Positions 9,098-19,526 are shown, counted from the first letter of the stretch. The stretch: 64,000 nucleotides of DNA from Trueperaceae bacterium (GCA_965215565.1 CBDCDZ010000004.1:4288001-4352000); one strand, 5' to 3'. The notes: generated from the sequence alone by a model not told the origin. Made by a program: numbers and translations.

Positions 9098-11458
9098 CTA
9101 TCTTTGCCCCACCCGGCAGAGGTCGAAGACGCGGCACGCGCGGCAGACGAAGCCGGGTTTGGGCGTTACGTCGCCCGCTGAAAAGCGCGCGAAGGCGCGT
9201 TCGGCTTTCTGTTGCCTCGAGGCGATCTGCCGCCACACGTAGCCTATCGGCGCATCAAACACGTCGATGGGTTCACCCAACACGGGCCACACGTAGAGCC
9301 GCACGCCGGAGATGCGCGGACCGTACGTATCTAAGAGGTGCCCCGCCGCCCACAGCTCGTTCCAGCGGTGCAGCCCTCGCAGCCAGCGTTCGGCGTCCTC
9401 GCGGCTCCACGTGCCGGGCTCCACAAAGGTGTAGAGCCGCATCTCCGTCCCGCTGCGCCCCGCCGCGTCGAGCAGGGCGAAGGGTCCGCCCTGCCCATCA
9501 TGGCGACGCTCAGGTAGAGAAACGCCGAAGGTGAGCGGCAAGAGGTCGTCTTCGAACTGGGCGAGCCACGCCGCCGCTTCGGGGTAGCTCGCTTTGAGGG
9601 CGTCCAAGCGTGCCGCGCCCAAGGTGCGCCGCGCGCGCAATTCGCGCACCAGTTCGCGCCACCACACTACCTCTTCGTCCGCCACGCGCCGCTCCGCCCA
9701 GTAGCGAAAGCCGCACTCGGCGTAGCGCGACAGAGCTTGAACGCGGGGCGAACCGAGCGCGACTCGGCTCAGCGAAGGGGTGAAGGTGGCAGCGCTGCTC
9801 AGCTCGAGCCGACTCCCCGCCGCTACCTCCGGCAGCGGGGTACACGCGTCACCGACGAGCGCAAGCTCCGGGACGAGCGGCCCGCCCTGGTCCGCCTCGG
9901 GATAGGTGATGATGACCTCGTCGCCCCGCGTGAGCAGTTCGGCGAAGAGCGCCCCGTCGCGCCCCAGAAATCGCTTTGGAAGTCCCGGCGCACCGCGCGG
10001 ACTGCTCGAGGGGTTCAGCAGAGCGAAAACAGCCTCCCACGTCCCCCGCCCCTCCTCCGGTGTGAAGTAATCCTCCGCCTCGCCCACCGTGTACGCCCCC
10101 TCCACCGCGTGCGCCAGATAGACCCGTTTGAAACGCCGCCCCGAGGCGAGTTTCGCGGTGAGGAGCGCGACGCCCCCTTTGGGACGTGAGAAGAGGGCGG
10201 TCTCCTGCAGCAGCGCGCCCCACCAGGCGCGAAACTGCGCGCCCTTGGCGAGCTGCGCGGCTTCTTTCGCACGCTCTAAAGCGTGGTCTCTAAAGGTACC
10301 CCAGTCGAAGCGCTCGGCGTTTTTGACGCCGAATTCGGGCAGGCTCGCCACCAAATCCTGCGCCCAGGCGAGTTCACCGTCGGGTACGTCTAAGCGCGCG
10401 AGCCACGCGCGCCAACTCGCGCTCTCGCCCACCTCTTGTGCCAGGAGGGTCAGCGCCTCGCGCCCCGCCACGCCGCGCTTTAGGGCGGCTTTCGCCAAGG
10501 GCGCAAGCTCGGGTATGGCTAAGAGCCTCGAGGCCGTCGGGTAGTCCGGCAACTCCAAGAGGTCCAAGAGCAGGCGTCCTTGCGGCGTCTCGGCGAGCGC
10601 CTTGGGCGTCTCGTCCATGAGCGGCACGCCGTACTCGTCCGCTAGGGATAAAAACGCTCGCACCTCCCGCTCGGGTAAGATGACCGCCAAGTCCAAGGCG
10701 TCGTAGCCGCTCGCCAAGTCGCGCTTCAAGGCGCGTAAGAGCCAGCGCGACTGGAAGACGGGGTTGGGGGCGCGGTGCGCTACTACCTTACAGGCGTACG
10801 TGCGCGCAACCTCTTCGCTCGCTGTTTCACCAGGCGGCGCGCCCGGCAAGCTCAGCCACACGCCTACTCGATGCTGAGAGAGCGCCCTGTAAAGCTCGAG
10901 TTCTAAGGGTCCAACCTCTCTAAACCCGTCCACGATGATGAGGTCGGGCTCGAGTTCGAGGTCGGCGGAGCGTGCTAGGTGGAGCGCCTCGAGCCTGAAG
11001 TCGTCATAGTCCCACGCTTCACCTTTGAGTTCTTCGTACAGGCGCAAAACGGCGCGAAAGCGCGTCGTCTCCTCGTCGTGCGCCCTGACCTCTCGCCACG
11101 TCAGCCCGAAGCGCTTCGCCTCGGCTACCCCGCGCGTGAAGAGTCGCGCCTCGCCCGGCGAGGGCAATTCGTTACGCAGCTTTTTGAGCGCCTCGCCTAC
11201 CAGCGCGATGCGCCCCGTACCGACGACGAGCGGCTTGAGTTTCAGCGCGTGCGCGAGCAGGCGGTAGTAGACCTGCTGTGAGGAGAGGAACTCGAGTCCC
11301 AAAACCGCGCCCTCCTCCGCGAGCCGCCTATAGAGGTAACTTCGCTGACTCGGCAAGCCCACCCACCACACGCGCTCGCCCCGCCGCGCCGCCTCTCTCG
11401 CGACGCCTAAAAGCCTCGTCGTCTTGCCCGAGCCCGGTGGACCGATGAGGAGGTTCAC
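9098..11458 (-). CDS. addB: AddB-like helicase/nuclease partner
   Basis: GPPGSGKT at N-terminus, four-Cys Fe-S staple (ECGFRY...CRACRVFDLC), directly upstream of addA; leaderless TATAGT box. Confidence 0.7.
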   Translation of the reverse strand: MNLLIGPPGSGKTTRLLGVAREAARRGERVWWVGLPSQRSYLYRRLAEEGAVLGLEFLSSQQVYYRLLAHALKLKPLVVGTGRIALVGEALKKLRNELPSPGEARLFTRGVAEAKRFGLTWREVRAHDEETTRFRAVLRLYEELKGEAWDYDDFRLEALHLARSADLELEPDLIIVDGFREVGPLELELYRALSQHRVGVWLSLPGAPPGETASEEVARTYACKVVAHRAPNPVFQSRWLLRALKRDLASGYDALDLAVILPEREVRAFLSLADEYGVPLMDETPKALAETPQGRLLLDLLELPDYPTASRLLAIPELAPLAKAALKRGVAGREALTLLAQEVGESASWRAWLARLDVPDGELAWAQDLVASLPEFGVKNAERFDWGTFRDHALERAKEAAQLAKGAQFRAWWGALLQETALFSRPKGGVALLTAKLASGRRFKRVYLAHAVEGAYTVGEAEDYFTPEEGRGTWEAVFALLNPSSSPRGAPGLPKRFLGRDGALFAELLTRGDEVIITYPEADQGGPLVPELALVGDACTPLPEVAAGSRLELSSAATFTPSLSRVALGSPRVQALSRYAECGFRYWAERRVADEEVVWWRELVRELRARRTLGAARLDALKASYPEAAAWLAQFEDDLLPLTFGVSLPERRHDGQGGPFALLDAAGRSGTEMRLYTFVEPGTWSREDAERWLRGLHRWNELWAAGHLLDTYGPRISGVRLYVWPVLGEPIDVFDAPIGYVWRQIASRQQKAERAFARFSAGDVTPKPGFVCRACRVFDLCRVGQR

Positions 11459-11529
11459 GCGCTTACTATACCTGGGTAGGGAAGAGGGTGCTCAGGAGGG
11501 GTTCCACAACTAAGCAGTGTTTCAGCATG

Positions 11530-11910
11530 TCAGGTCGTTCTAAAAATGAGATAGAGAAGCGCGAGGTGAATGAGCGCCAACAACGCCGCACCATAAATTA
11601 AGAGGCGAGAATGCGGCGTACGGAACTCGTACTGAGGACGCGCTGAAAGTCGCCAGTGCAGCCCCGCATGAACCACCATGAAGAGGTCGAGCCCTATCAT
11701 CGTCCAAAGCTGCGTTACTTCGTTAGGAAAAGCGACAAGCCAGAGGAGCACGGCGACAACCGGAACGTGAAGGAGGACGAAAGCGCGCCGCGCCGCGTCG
11801 TCGGGCATGGTGCGCAGCACGAAAAGAAGACGCCATTCGCGTTTGTGAACGGCGTCGAGTTCGTGGGCGAGCAACGTTGAAAAGGCGAGGTAGAAGATGA
11901 GGTCGAGCAC
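11530..11910 (-). CDS. small membrane protein (DUF6713-like)
   Basis: HELDAVHKREWRLL motif, four hydrophobic segments. Confidence 0.65.
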   Translation of the reverse strand: MLDLIFYLAFSTLLAHELDAVHKREWRLLFVLRTMPDDAARRAFVLLHVPVVAVLLWLVAFPNEVTQLWTMIGLDLFMVVHAGLHWRLSARPQYEFRTPHSRLLIYGAALLALIHLALLYLIFRTT

Positions 11911-11915
11911 AAGTT

Positions 11916-12134
11916 TTATATACTACCTGCGTCGCGGTCAAGTACGACTCGGTCTTCTAGAGGCACTGAGTCGTAGTCGGGAAGTTTTAGTTCCTTGACG
12001 AATCCAGCTAGGGACAAAAGCGCGTCGAGGTCCTTTTTGCGCAAAGAGGTATCATCCACCTCTCGAGTGGAGTCAAGGCCTGTTTCTCCGGTGCGCAAAA
12101 GTTGCTCATCAGGTTGGTCATCCGTCCGTTTCAT
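11916..12134 (-). CDS. hypothetical small acidic protein
   Basis: ATGA overlap with the upstream dehydrogenase; no recognised motif. Confidence 0.4.
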   Translation of the reverse strand: MKRTDDQPDEQLLRTGETGLDSTREVDDTSLRKKDLDALLSLAGFVKELKLPDYDSVPLEDRVVLDRDAGSI

Positions 12135-13123
12135 GACCCTACTATCCTACGCTTCTTCATGAGGTCTGTCTGTTCATGAAATTCGCCATAGCGAACCAGC
12201 ACTTTGACGGGTCGAAGCTCACCTCTTACAATGTGTTCAAACGTCCCCGGTAAATCTGCCGCGTCCACCTCGAGGTCAAAGAGCGCCGTCAATTTGAAGA
12301 GGTTGGGCAAGCCGAAAAACCACCTCGCGTGCTCCCGGTAATCCTCGCCGTCACTCGAGCCCACCACCCTGAGTTCCTTTTGGTGAAAGTGCGGCGTGAG
12401 TTCGAGCGGTTCTAGGTTGCCGTCGGCGAGAATGCAGATGCGCCCGTTTGCTCGGAGCTTGTTTTGCAAAAGTGCGAAGGCGGCGTTGCGGCTCGAGCAC
12501 TCCAGCCCAACTGTGTAAGAGGTCTGCGCGCCCCTAACCTCTTCGGGCGTAAAGACGTTGGTTGCGCCTAGCTGGTGGGCAAGCTCGAGCCGCGCCCTTA
12601 GAGGGTCTACGACATCTATGTGTATGGTTATGTGTATGGTGCCGAGCGCTTTGAGGACGAAGAGCGTCAGGAGCCCAATTGCCCCTGCACCCGTCACGAG
12701 CACCCGTTCGCCTGGCTGCGGCGCGACTTTGAGCACACCCCGCTTCACGTCGTTCGAGAGGATGGCGAGCAGCGCTAGGCGCGGGTCTATGTCTTTAGGC
12801 ACTGGGATGAGCCTGGGGGCACCGAGAACTGCGTGCGTGACGTAACCCTCGAACGTGACGACGGGGTCTCCTACATGAAAATCTCCGACCGCTTCGCCCA
12901 CCGCTTCCACCACGCCATAGGTTTCGTAGCCGGTCATCTTGGGATAGGTGACGTGTGCGGGGTTTCTCGAGCTACCCATAAAGAGCGGCACTTCCGTGCC
13001 GAGGCTGACGGCGCTAAAGCGCGTGCGGACGAGGACCTCATCCTTCTGGAGAGGCGGGAGCGGTTGCGCCTGCCACACCAAAGTGCGTGGCGCAGTGAGC
13101 AGGAGAGCGTGCGAGCGGTCCAT
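12131..13123 (-). CDS. MDR/zinc-type alcohol dehydrogenase-like oxidoreductase
   Basis: SLGTE, GYETYGVVEAVG, Rossmann motif VTGAGAIG; canonical catalytic Zn ligands (Cys, GHE) are absent. Confidence 0.8.
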   Translation of the reverse strand: MDRSHALLLTAPRTLVWQAQPLPPLQKDEVLVRTRFSAVSLGTEVPLFMGSSRNPAHVTYPKMTGYETYGVVEAVGEAVGDFHVGDPVVTFEGYVTHAVLGAPRLIPVPKDIDPRLALLAILSNDVKRGVLKVAPQPGERVLVTGAGAIGLLTLFVLKALGTIHITIHIDVVDPLRARLELAHQLGATNVFTPEEVRGAQTSYTVGLECSSRNAAFALLQNKLRANGRICILADGNLEPLELTPHFHQKELRVVGSSDGEDYREHARWFFGLPNLFKLTALFDLEVDAADLPGTFEHIVRGELRPVKVLVRYGEFHEQTDLMKKRRIVGS

Positions 13124-13488
13124 CTAGCGTTACACTATGACACGACTGGGTTTGGCGTCGGCGCGCGCGCCGACGTTACAAAACTCACCCAGAGAACGTA
13201 CCAGAATTGTTGAGAACGCACCGCTCGAGCTGGATAGATTTGTGGGGGCTACGTGCTGCCTTCTACCGGCTGCTCGACGCTTTTGACCCTGTGCTACATC
13301 CGCGAATTCGAGCGTTTTATGGATGCGCAATGAAAAACTTCACAAAGGTGCGTTATGCTTGACAACATGCGGGGCACATCTATGAAAATTACCGAAATGA
13401 CATTGGCGTGGCGCAGTCATCCCTTAATGCACGTGCTAAGCAGTATTTCTGAACGTGAGGCTGGCTCCAATCAGATGAGACATATGCT

Positions 13489-16400
13489 ATGACGACGTTC
13501 AGCAAAAGTCTAGCCTTTCTTTTGGGGTTTGGCATCACCTTTCTACCTCTTTACGGGCCCCTACTCGGGCTGCTCCTCTTCTTCTCGACGCGCTGGACGG
13601 TGCGGCGCTTCGACGCGCTCTGGTGGGGCGCAGCGCTCCTCTTCGCGCTGCCGCTTTTAGTGCGCGGTGACGTGACGGGCTTCTTCTTTAGCGGCGTGCA
13701 GATTTTGGCACCTTGGCTCGTCTACCGCGCGTTCGCCCAGCTCGCGGTAGGCGGACCGAGCCTCGGCAACGCGCGGCTCTCCAAACCTGTCGGCGTTGGG
13801 CTCTTATCGGGGCTCGCGCTGGCGGTGCTCTTCGGGTGGCTCCAACTCGGCGCGGCGGGACCGCTCGGCACCGTGACGCAGACTGTCGTGGGGGTGTCGG
13901 GCTCGAGCGTGTACGGGCACACCATCTTCGTGCTCGGCGCACTCGTGGCGATTTTGCTGCCCGACATGCGCCTCAAACTCGTCTCCTTGGGGCTTTCGGC
14001 GCTGGGCATCCTGGTCTCGGGTAGCCGCGAGGCGGCGCTCGCTTGGCTGCTCGTGGCGGCGGCGCTGCTGCTCATGGGCGGCAAGCGCTCCTGGCGCAGC
14101 CGCGCCGCCGAGATCAGCTTAGTAGGCCTGATGCTGCTCGTGGCGGCGGGTATCGGGCTGCAACTCGGGTGGGGACGCGCCGGTCTGCTCGTCGATCTAG
14201 CGCCCTCTACGGATACATCCGTGAACCTTTTGCAGGGCTCCGAGCGCCCCGAAGGTGCCTGGTGGGACACGCTGGGCGTCCGCGTGGAGACGGACCGTGT
14301 GACCCTTGCCGGGCAAGAGCGCGTCAGCTACCACCTCGTCAAAGAGACGCCGGAGAGTTGGGGGCGGCTGCAACAGGTCGTGCCGCTCACGCCGAACACG
14401 CCCTATACGCTGAGCACGTGGGTGAGGGTGCCAGAGGGTGCGGTGCGGGGTTTGCCGGGCGTCCAAGGGCGCTCTCAGGCGGCGGGTTCGGCGTTTACGC
14501 TGCGCGCTACTTTGAACGGCGACGTGTGGCGGGCTGACGTCCAGGGCGCGGGGCGCGTGCTCAGCTCGGGCGTCGCCGCCGAAGAGACGACGGCGGACGG
14601 CGTCTGGCGGCGCGTCTGGGTGAGTTTCGTCTACGAGGGGGACGAGCCCCGGCTACTGTGGTGGCTCGGTCTATCGCCGGATCAGCGCATCACGGCGGGG
14701 AGCGAGGCGAGTTTCGCGGGCTTTCAGCTCGAGCGCGGAGACACGCTCACCCCTTATATGCCTGGTCCCGCCACCCAAGGGTTCAGTCTGCGCAACGCTA
14801 GGGCGTCCTACTGGGCGTCGGCGTGGCAAGGCTTCACGGCTCGCCCCATTTGGGGCGCGGGACGCGACGCCTTTAGCGAAGCGTACCGCTCCGACTGGCT
14901 CGCCCAGCGCCGCCTCCATGAGGTCCCCGAGCACGCCTACAACGTGTTTTTGACCGTTCTCTTCGAGCGCGGCGTGGTGGGCTTCGCCGGGTTACTGCTG
15001 CTGCTCTACGCGCTTACCAGAAGGGCGTATAGGGCTCGCGACGCCGCCTTTTTAGTCGTTTTCACCGCGCTGCTCGTCGCCAACATGTTCGACGCGACGC
15101 TCTTCTACGGCGGCGTCCTCTACCCCTTAGCCGCCGTCGCGGGCTGGCGGGCGGCGTCGCGGCACGTGCCCGCACCTCAAGAAGCCACCGCCAAGCAGGT
15201 CGGCGTGCGCTTGACGCTCTGCGTGACCGACTTCTTCACCGCGCTCGCCGCGTTTAACCTCGCGGCGCTCTGCTTGTGGTGGGCGAGCCAGGCGTTGGGC
15301 TTCGACGCGGGCTCTATCGTCTCGCCGACGGGCGCGATCGGCTACGCGCTCTTGCTGTGGCCCCTCATGGCGTGGCGCGAAGGGCTCTACCCCGGCTACG
15401 GTCTCACCGCGCCGCAAGAGTTGCGCAAACAGGTCTCGAGCGCCGCCTACGCCGGGCTCATCCTCGCAGCGAGCAGCGCGCTGTTTAGCGAAGAGTTGCC
15501 GGTTCCCGGTACGGTACTCGTGTTGACGGTTCTCTTCAGCGCGCTGCTCGCTCCTTCAGGGCGCACGGCTGCTAAATACGTGCTCCACCACTTCGAGCTG
15601 TGGGGGCGCGACGTGGTGATTTTAGGCGCAGGCAACGCGGGGCGGCGCGTCGCGCGGGCGCTGCAGCAGCGCCCTCTGGACGGGCTCCGCCCGGTGGCGC
15701 TCTTCGACGATGACCCGGCGAAACGTGACTTGGAAATTGAGGGTTTGCGCGTCGCAGGCACCCTTCAGGACGCGCAGACCTACGCCCAGGCGCAGGGCGT
15801 GCGCCACGCCATCGTCGCCATTTCACACGCTTCAGAAGGCACCTTAACGCAACTTCTCAACACCCAAGGACGCGCCTTTAAGCAAGTTCAGTTCGTCCCG
15901 CACATCGAAGGCTTGCCCGTCTACGGCGTGCGCACGGGCACGCTCGACAACCTCTTGGCGCTGGAGGTGGATAACGCGCTGAACTCCAAGCTCAACCAGA
16001 GCGTTAAACGCACCCTTGACCTCGTCGGCGTCACCGTCGGCGGCGTTCTCATCAGCCCCTTCTTGCTCCTCCTGATGCTCGCCATCTACATCGACTCGCC
16101 CGGGCGGGTCTTCTTCGGTCACAAGCGCGTCGGGCAGAACGGTGAGCACTTCATGACCTGGAAGTTCCGCACAATGGTTCCGAACGCGCAAGAGGTCTTG
16201 GAGGAGCACCTGGCGCGTGACCCCTTGTTGGCGCAAGAGTGGCAGACGAGCTTCAAGCTCCAACATGACCCGAGGATCACGCGCGTCGGCAAGTTCTTAC
16301 GCAAGACGAGTTTAGACGAGCTGCCGCAGCTTTGGAACGTCCTGGTCGGTGAGATGAGCCTAGTCGGACCGCGCCCCATCATCGACGAAGAGGTGCCGCG

Positions 16401-16602
16401 CTACGCTAATGCCTTTGCGCTTTACAAGCTCGTGCGTCCCGGCATGACCGGCTATTGGCAGGTCTCCGGGCGCAGTGATACGGACTATCCGCACCGCGTG
16501 GCGTTAGACAGCTTCTACATCCGCAACTGGTCGGTGTGGCTCGATATCGTGATTTTAATGGCGACGGTGAAGGTGGTGCTGGAGGGGGACGGGGCGTACT
16601 GA
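13489..16602 (+). CDS. wbaP: fusion: O-antigen ligase/Wzy-like membrane domain with CBM-like insert + WbaP-type undecaprenyl-phosphate sugar phosphotransferase
   Basis: C-terminal KRTLD, KFRTM, DPRITRVGKFLRKTSLDELPQLWNVLVGEMSLVGPRP, PGMTGYWQVSGRS; N-terminal SGSR and RPIWGAG...EHAYN..ERGVVG ligase-like motifs. Confidence 0.8.
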   Translation: MTTFSKSLAFLLGFGITFLPLYGPLLGLLLFFSTRWTVRRFDALWWGAALLFALPLLVRGDVTGFFFSGVQILAPWLVYRAFAQLAVGGPSLGNARLSKPVGVGLLSGLALAVLFGWLQLGAAGPLGTVTQTVVGVSGSSVYGHTIFVLGALVAILLPDMRLKLVSLGLSALGILVSGSREAALAWLLVAAALLLMGGKRSWRSRAAEISLVGLMLLVAAGIGLQLGWGRAGLLVDLAPSTDTSVNLLQGSERPEGAWWDTLGVRVETDRVTLAGQERVSYHLVKETPESWGRLQQVVPLTPNTPYTLSTWVRVPEGAVRGLPGVQGRSQAAGSAFTLRATLNGDVWRADVQGAGRVLSSGVAAEETTADGVWRRVWVSFVYEGDEPRLLWWLGLSPDQRITAGSEASFAGFQLERGDTLTPYMPGPATQGFSLRNARASYWASAWQGFTARPIWGAGRDAFSEAYRSDWLAQRRLHEVPEHAYNVFLTVLFERGVVGFAGLLLLLYALTRRAYRARDAAFLVVFTALLVANMFDATLFYGGVLYPLAAVAGWRAASRHVPAPQEATAKQVGVRLTLCVTDFFTALAAFNLAALCLWWASQALGFDAGSIVSPTGAIGYALLLWPLMAWREGLYPGYGLTAPQELRKQVSSAAYAGLILAASSALFSEELPVPGTVLVLTVLFSALLAPSGRTAAKYVLHHFELWGRDVVILGAGNAGRRVARALQQRPLDGLRPVALFDDDPAKRDLEIEGLRVAGTLQDAQTYAQAQGVRHAIVAISHASEGTLTQLLNTQGRAFKQVQFVPHIEGLPVYGVRTGTLDNLLALEVDNALNSKLNQSVKRTLDLVGVTVGGVLISPFLLLLMLAIYIDSPGRVFFGHKRVGQNGEHFMTWKFRTMVPNAQEVLEEHLARDPLLAQEWQTSFKLQHDPRITRVGKFLRKTSLDELPQLWNVLVGEMSLVGPRPIIDEEVPRYANAFALYKLVRPGMTGYWQVSGRSDTDYPHRVALDSFYIRNWSVWLDIVILMATVKVVLEGDGAY

Positions 16603-16603
16603 A

Positions 16604-17911
16604 TTACTCCAAGAGGTCGGTGGGCGTCATCTGGTCAACGAAGATGAGGGCGTCATATTCTTTTGGAAGTTGCCTTTTCGAAAAGGAGAGCTGATAATGA
16701 TTGGCGATGGTTCCGATGACCGTCCGCGTATCTCGAGGGGCTGCGAGCCACGCGGCTTGTCCCTGCTCCCCCGCGCGCAAATCGAGTAGGAAAAGAGGTC
16801 GCCCTAGCGTGTGAAAAACGCCCTCGACGCTCCTCGCAGGTGCGTCTTCTACCTGGTAAACCTGGGGCTCCTCTCCGCTTCGAGGCTGCGCTTGGAAGTC
16901 TCCGCCATAAAAAGTGAAGCCGAGTGACATATAATCCTCACCGAACGTTTTAGAAAGCCGCTCGCCCATGACGGTAATCGGTTCTTGATGCCATTCCTTA
17001 ATGTGAGCGTTGTGCGCCCAAAGGATAGCTTTGGCTTCAGGATTTTGGGACAGGACCCATTCAACATTGGCGGCCATGCGCTCATCGCGTACGGTGTCGC
17101 CTGATACAGATTTGTCTAGCCTCGCGAGTTCATATTCGGCACCTTGCAGGACGATGCGGGCGTTCTGAAGTGCCCAGGCGACTTCACTTTGATCCGCCTC
17201 TAAATACGTTGCTTGGCTGTCGTTAAGGTGCGTTAGCACCCGCTGGGCTGCGTCTTGCCAGGCTCTTAGCTCGCTCTCCTCCGCGTCCCGGTCCTCGCTT
17301 TGCAAAAATACGCGCTCAACTGTTTTGTAAGCATTGTCTAGCTGAGCCAAGTAAGCGGAGTCGTGCGCTGCAACGAAGGTGCGCACCTCTTCTGTCGCCA
17401 CAGTTGGTGTTTGCATGTCAAAACCTGTGAACTGCATCACTCCCCGCCCTGAGGCGTTGAACTCACGCATCCAGAGAATCATGTCCAAGACCTCTTGCGT
17501 ATTCCACATCCAAAGACGGTGTATATCGCGCAAAAGTTCTTCGGGATCGCCCTCGCCCGTCAGTACGTATTCGTTGACGCGGTACGCCTCAGGCATATTC
17601 GCCTCGATGGAGAAGATAGTAAAGTCCATCTCTTCGGCTAAGAACTGGACGACGCGGTGTTTGATCGTGAAGAACTCGCTGGTGCCGTGCGTGGCTTCAC
17701 CTAGCGCGACGATACGAGCGCCTCCGACGATGTCTCTAAGCGGCTCGAGGTCCTCATTATTCTCAGTAGGAATCGCGCTTTGAAGCGGGTGCGCGTGCTC
17801 GCGCAGCCAAGCGAGGAGTTCGGCGGGCGGCTTAGGCGCTTCACGCCCCCCGGCTGTCTGAGCAAAGACCGTACCAAGCGCTATGAGTAAAAGTGCGGTT
17901 AAAACTCGCAT
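16604..17911 (-). CDS. erythromycin esterase family protein, secreted
   Basis: VALGEATHGTSEF, GFDMQ, RDERMAANV, LWAHNAH; signal peptide. Confidence 0.85.
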   Translation of the reverse strand: MRVLTALLLIALGTVFAQTAGGREAPKPPAELLAWLREHAHPLQSAIPTENNEDLEPLRDIVGGARIVALGEATHGTSEFFTIKHRVVQFLAEEMDFTIFSIEANMPEAYRVNEYVLTGEGDPEELLRDIHRLWMWNTQEVLDMILWMREFNASGRGVMQFTGFDMQTPTVATEEVRTFVAAHDSAYLAQLDNAYKTVERVFLQSEDRDAEESELRAWQDAAQRVLTHLNDSQATYLEADQSEVAWALQNARIVLQGAEYELARLDKSVSGDTVRDERMAANVEWVLSQNPEAKAILWAHNAHIKEWHQEPITVMGERLSKTFGEDYMSLGFTFYGGDFQAQPRSGEEPQVYQVEDAPARSVEGVFHTLGRPLFLLDLRAGEQGQAAWLAAPRDTRTVIGTIANHYQLSFSKRQLPKEYDALIFVDQMTPTDLLE

Positions 17912-17948
17912 GAATATCCTCTCAGGGCTCGAGCTTTAGAACTACCAG

Positions 17949-18389
17949 CTATCCGCTACCGACGCCCCCGTCACTCGCAGAGAGCCCCAAAGCGTTCGCT
18001 TCCTCTATCAGCTTTACGTCGAGCGAGTAAATTGCGTCTGCGCCGCTGTTGGCTGCTACGGCTAGATGCAGCGCGTCGGGACCTCGGAGGCTCGAGCCCT
18101 GACGCAGGATGAAGCTCGAGGCGAGCGCGTAATCTGCTTGCGATGGAACAAGGACGGAGAAAGATTCATCCACTTCCTTCTGAAACGTGTTGACGATGGT
18201 TTCGAGGATCCCTTGTTTAAGCTCGCCCATCCGCTTTCTGCGTGAAAGCAAGCTGGCGAACTCTACGCTTACAAACGAACTGATCGCAAATTCTCCAGGG
18301 GTAGAGGCAACAAAGATGGATATAACCTGCTTGCTCGTCGCTTCTTTAAGATAGAAAGGGACGAGGAAGCTCGTGTCCAGATAGGTCAA
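17949..18389 (-). CDS. vapC: VapC PIN-domain toxin
   Basis: YLDTS..E..LRGPDALHLA..D PIN motifs. Confidence 0.85.
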   Translation of the reverse strand: MTYLDTSFLVPFYLKEATSKQVISIFVASTPGEFAISSFVSVEFASLLSRRKRMGELKQGILETIVNTFQKEVDESFSVLVPSQADYALASSFILRQGSSLRGPDALHLAVAANSGADAIYSLDVKLIEEANALGLSASDGGVGSG

Positions 18390-18643
18390 TAGCGTGCCTC
18401 GTCACGTAGGATTATGAGGGTCTCGAGACTGCTCGTTTTTGCATCGGGCTGAGAGGCGAGGAGTTCGGTGTGGGAGGCAAAAGGTTTAAGGGCTTTCCTC
18501 GCTGGCGAGAGGGTAGCGACAGGCTTGCCGCGCCGCGTAATTGTGATCTCTTCACCCTCTTCGACTCGCGTCAATATCTCGCTAAGTTTAGCCTTTGCTT
18601 CGGCTACGCTGACTTCTACGTTGCTGCGCTCTTGGTCAACCAT
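18386..18643 (-). CDS. Phd/YefM-family antitoxin
   Basis: VSVAEAKAKLSEIL..EGEEITITRRGKPVA; 4-nt overlap with vapC. Confidence 0.85.
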   Translation of the reverse strand: MVDQERSNVEVSVAEAKAKLSEILTRVEEGEEITITRRGKPVATLSPARKALKPFASHTELLASQPDAKTSSLETLIILRDEARY

Positions 18644-18719
18644 ATGACTATTTTAGCATGACCGAGCAAGACGGCTTAAATGGGGGAGGGGTGCTTGCTC
18701 GTGTGCTACACTCACCTCA

Positions 18720-19475
18720 ATGCCTAATATTACTCACCTTGACCAACATACTCAGGACTTCACCCAGAGTTTCACCGTCACCTCGTCTCACTTCACAGGT
18801 ACGTTAGGCGAACTCGCCCACGCGCTACGCTCCGGGCGCGTCACGCCCGCGCAAGTTGACCTCTTTAAGCTGGTGAAGGAGTATTTAGCGTACTACCATC
18901 ACCTCTCCGAGCGGAGCTTAGACCTCGCCACCGAGACCTTGCCGATGCTCGCGCGCATCGTCGAACTCAAGGTGCGCTTACTCTTGCCTCGTCCGCCCAA
19001 GGAAGAGGACGAGGAGGAACTAGAGGAGGTCTTAGAAGCCGTCATGCTCTTAGAGGAGTTCGAAGACGCCATCGCCTTTTTGCAGAAGCGCCGCGTCGAG
19101 CGGCGTTTTCTCATGAGCGCGAAAGCGCCCCGCCCGAGCTATACGCGGCGCGCGCGTCCGCTCAGGGTGAAGTTAGAGGGTTTGAGCGACATCGCTTCGC
19201 GCTTTAGAACTACCTCTTACTTCGAACTCACCGCGCCGCGCTTGACGATGGCAGACGCCGTCGCTAAGCTCCGTGAGACCTTGCGACGTGCCCGGCGCGG
19301 CTTCTTCCGCGACATCGTCGCGGCGAGCTGGTCTACGGCGGACTGGGCGACGCAAGTGGTGAGCTTTGCAGGCTTTTTAGAACTCGTTAAAGAGGGCGAA
19401 GTTCAGGCGACGCAGGATGAACCTTATGGTCCCATCGAACTCGAAGAGGTCACGCAGGTGCGTGACGTCGCTTAA
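18720..19475 (+). CDS. scpA: segregation and condensation protein A
   Basis: FTGTLGEL..., ELKVRLLLP, FAGFLELVK..QDEPYGPI kleisin motifs; leaderless TACACT box. Confidence 0.8.
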   Translation: MPNITHLDQHTQDFTQSFTVTSSHFTGTLGELAHALRSGRVTPAQVDLFKLVKEYLAYYHHLSERSLDLATETLPMLARIVELKVRLLLPRPPKEEDEEELEEVLEAVMLLEEFEDAIAFLQKRRVERRFLMSAKAPRPSYTRRARPLRVKLEGLSDIASRFRTTSYFELTAPRLTMADAVAKLRETLRRARRGFFRDIVAASWSTADWATQVVSFAGFLELVKEGEVQATQDEPYGPIELEEVTQVRDVA

Positions 19476-19526
19476 CGAGTTTCTCAATCAGTAGTGGCTC
19501 TATCTGAAATGATGCTGATGTCGTAG

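Noticed and set aside
12617..12640. 12-nt tandem duplication in the dehydrogenase gene
   Set aside because: In-frame, two copies only; trivial slippage
16604..17911. Erythromycin esterase as a macrolide-resistance gene
   Set aside because: Broad family with a signal peptide and no mobile context; resistance cannot be inferred
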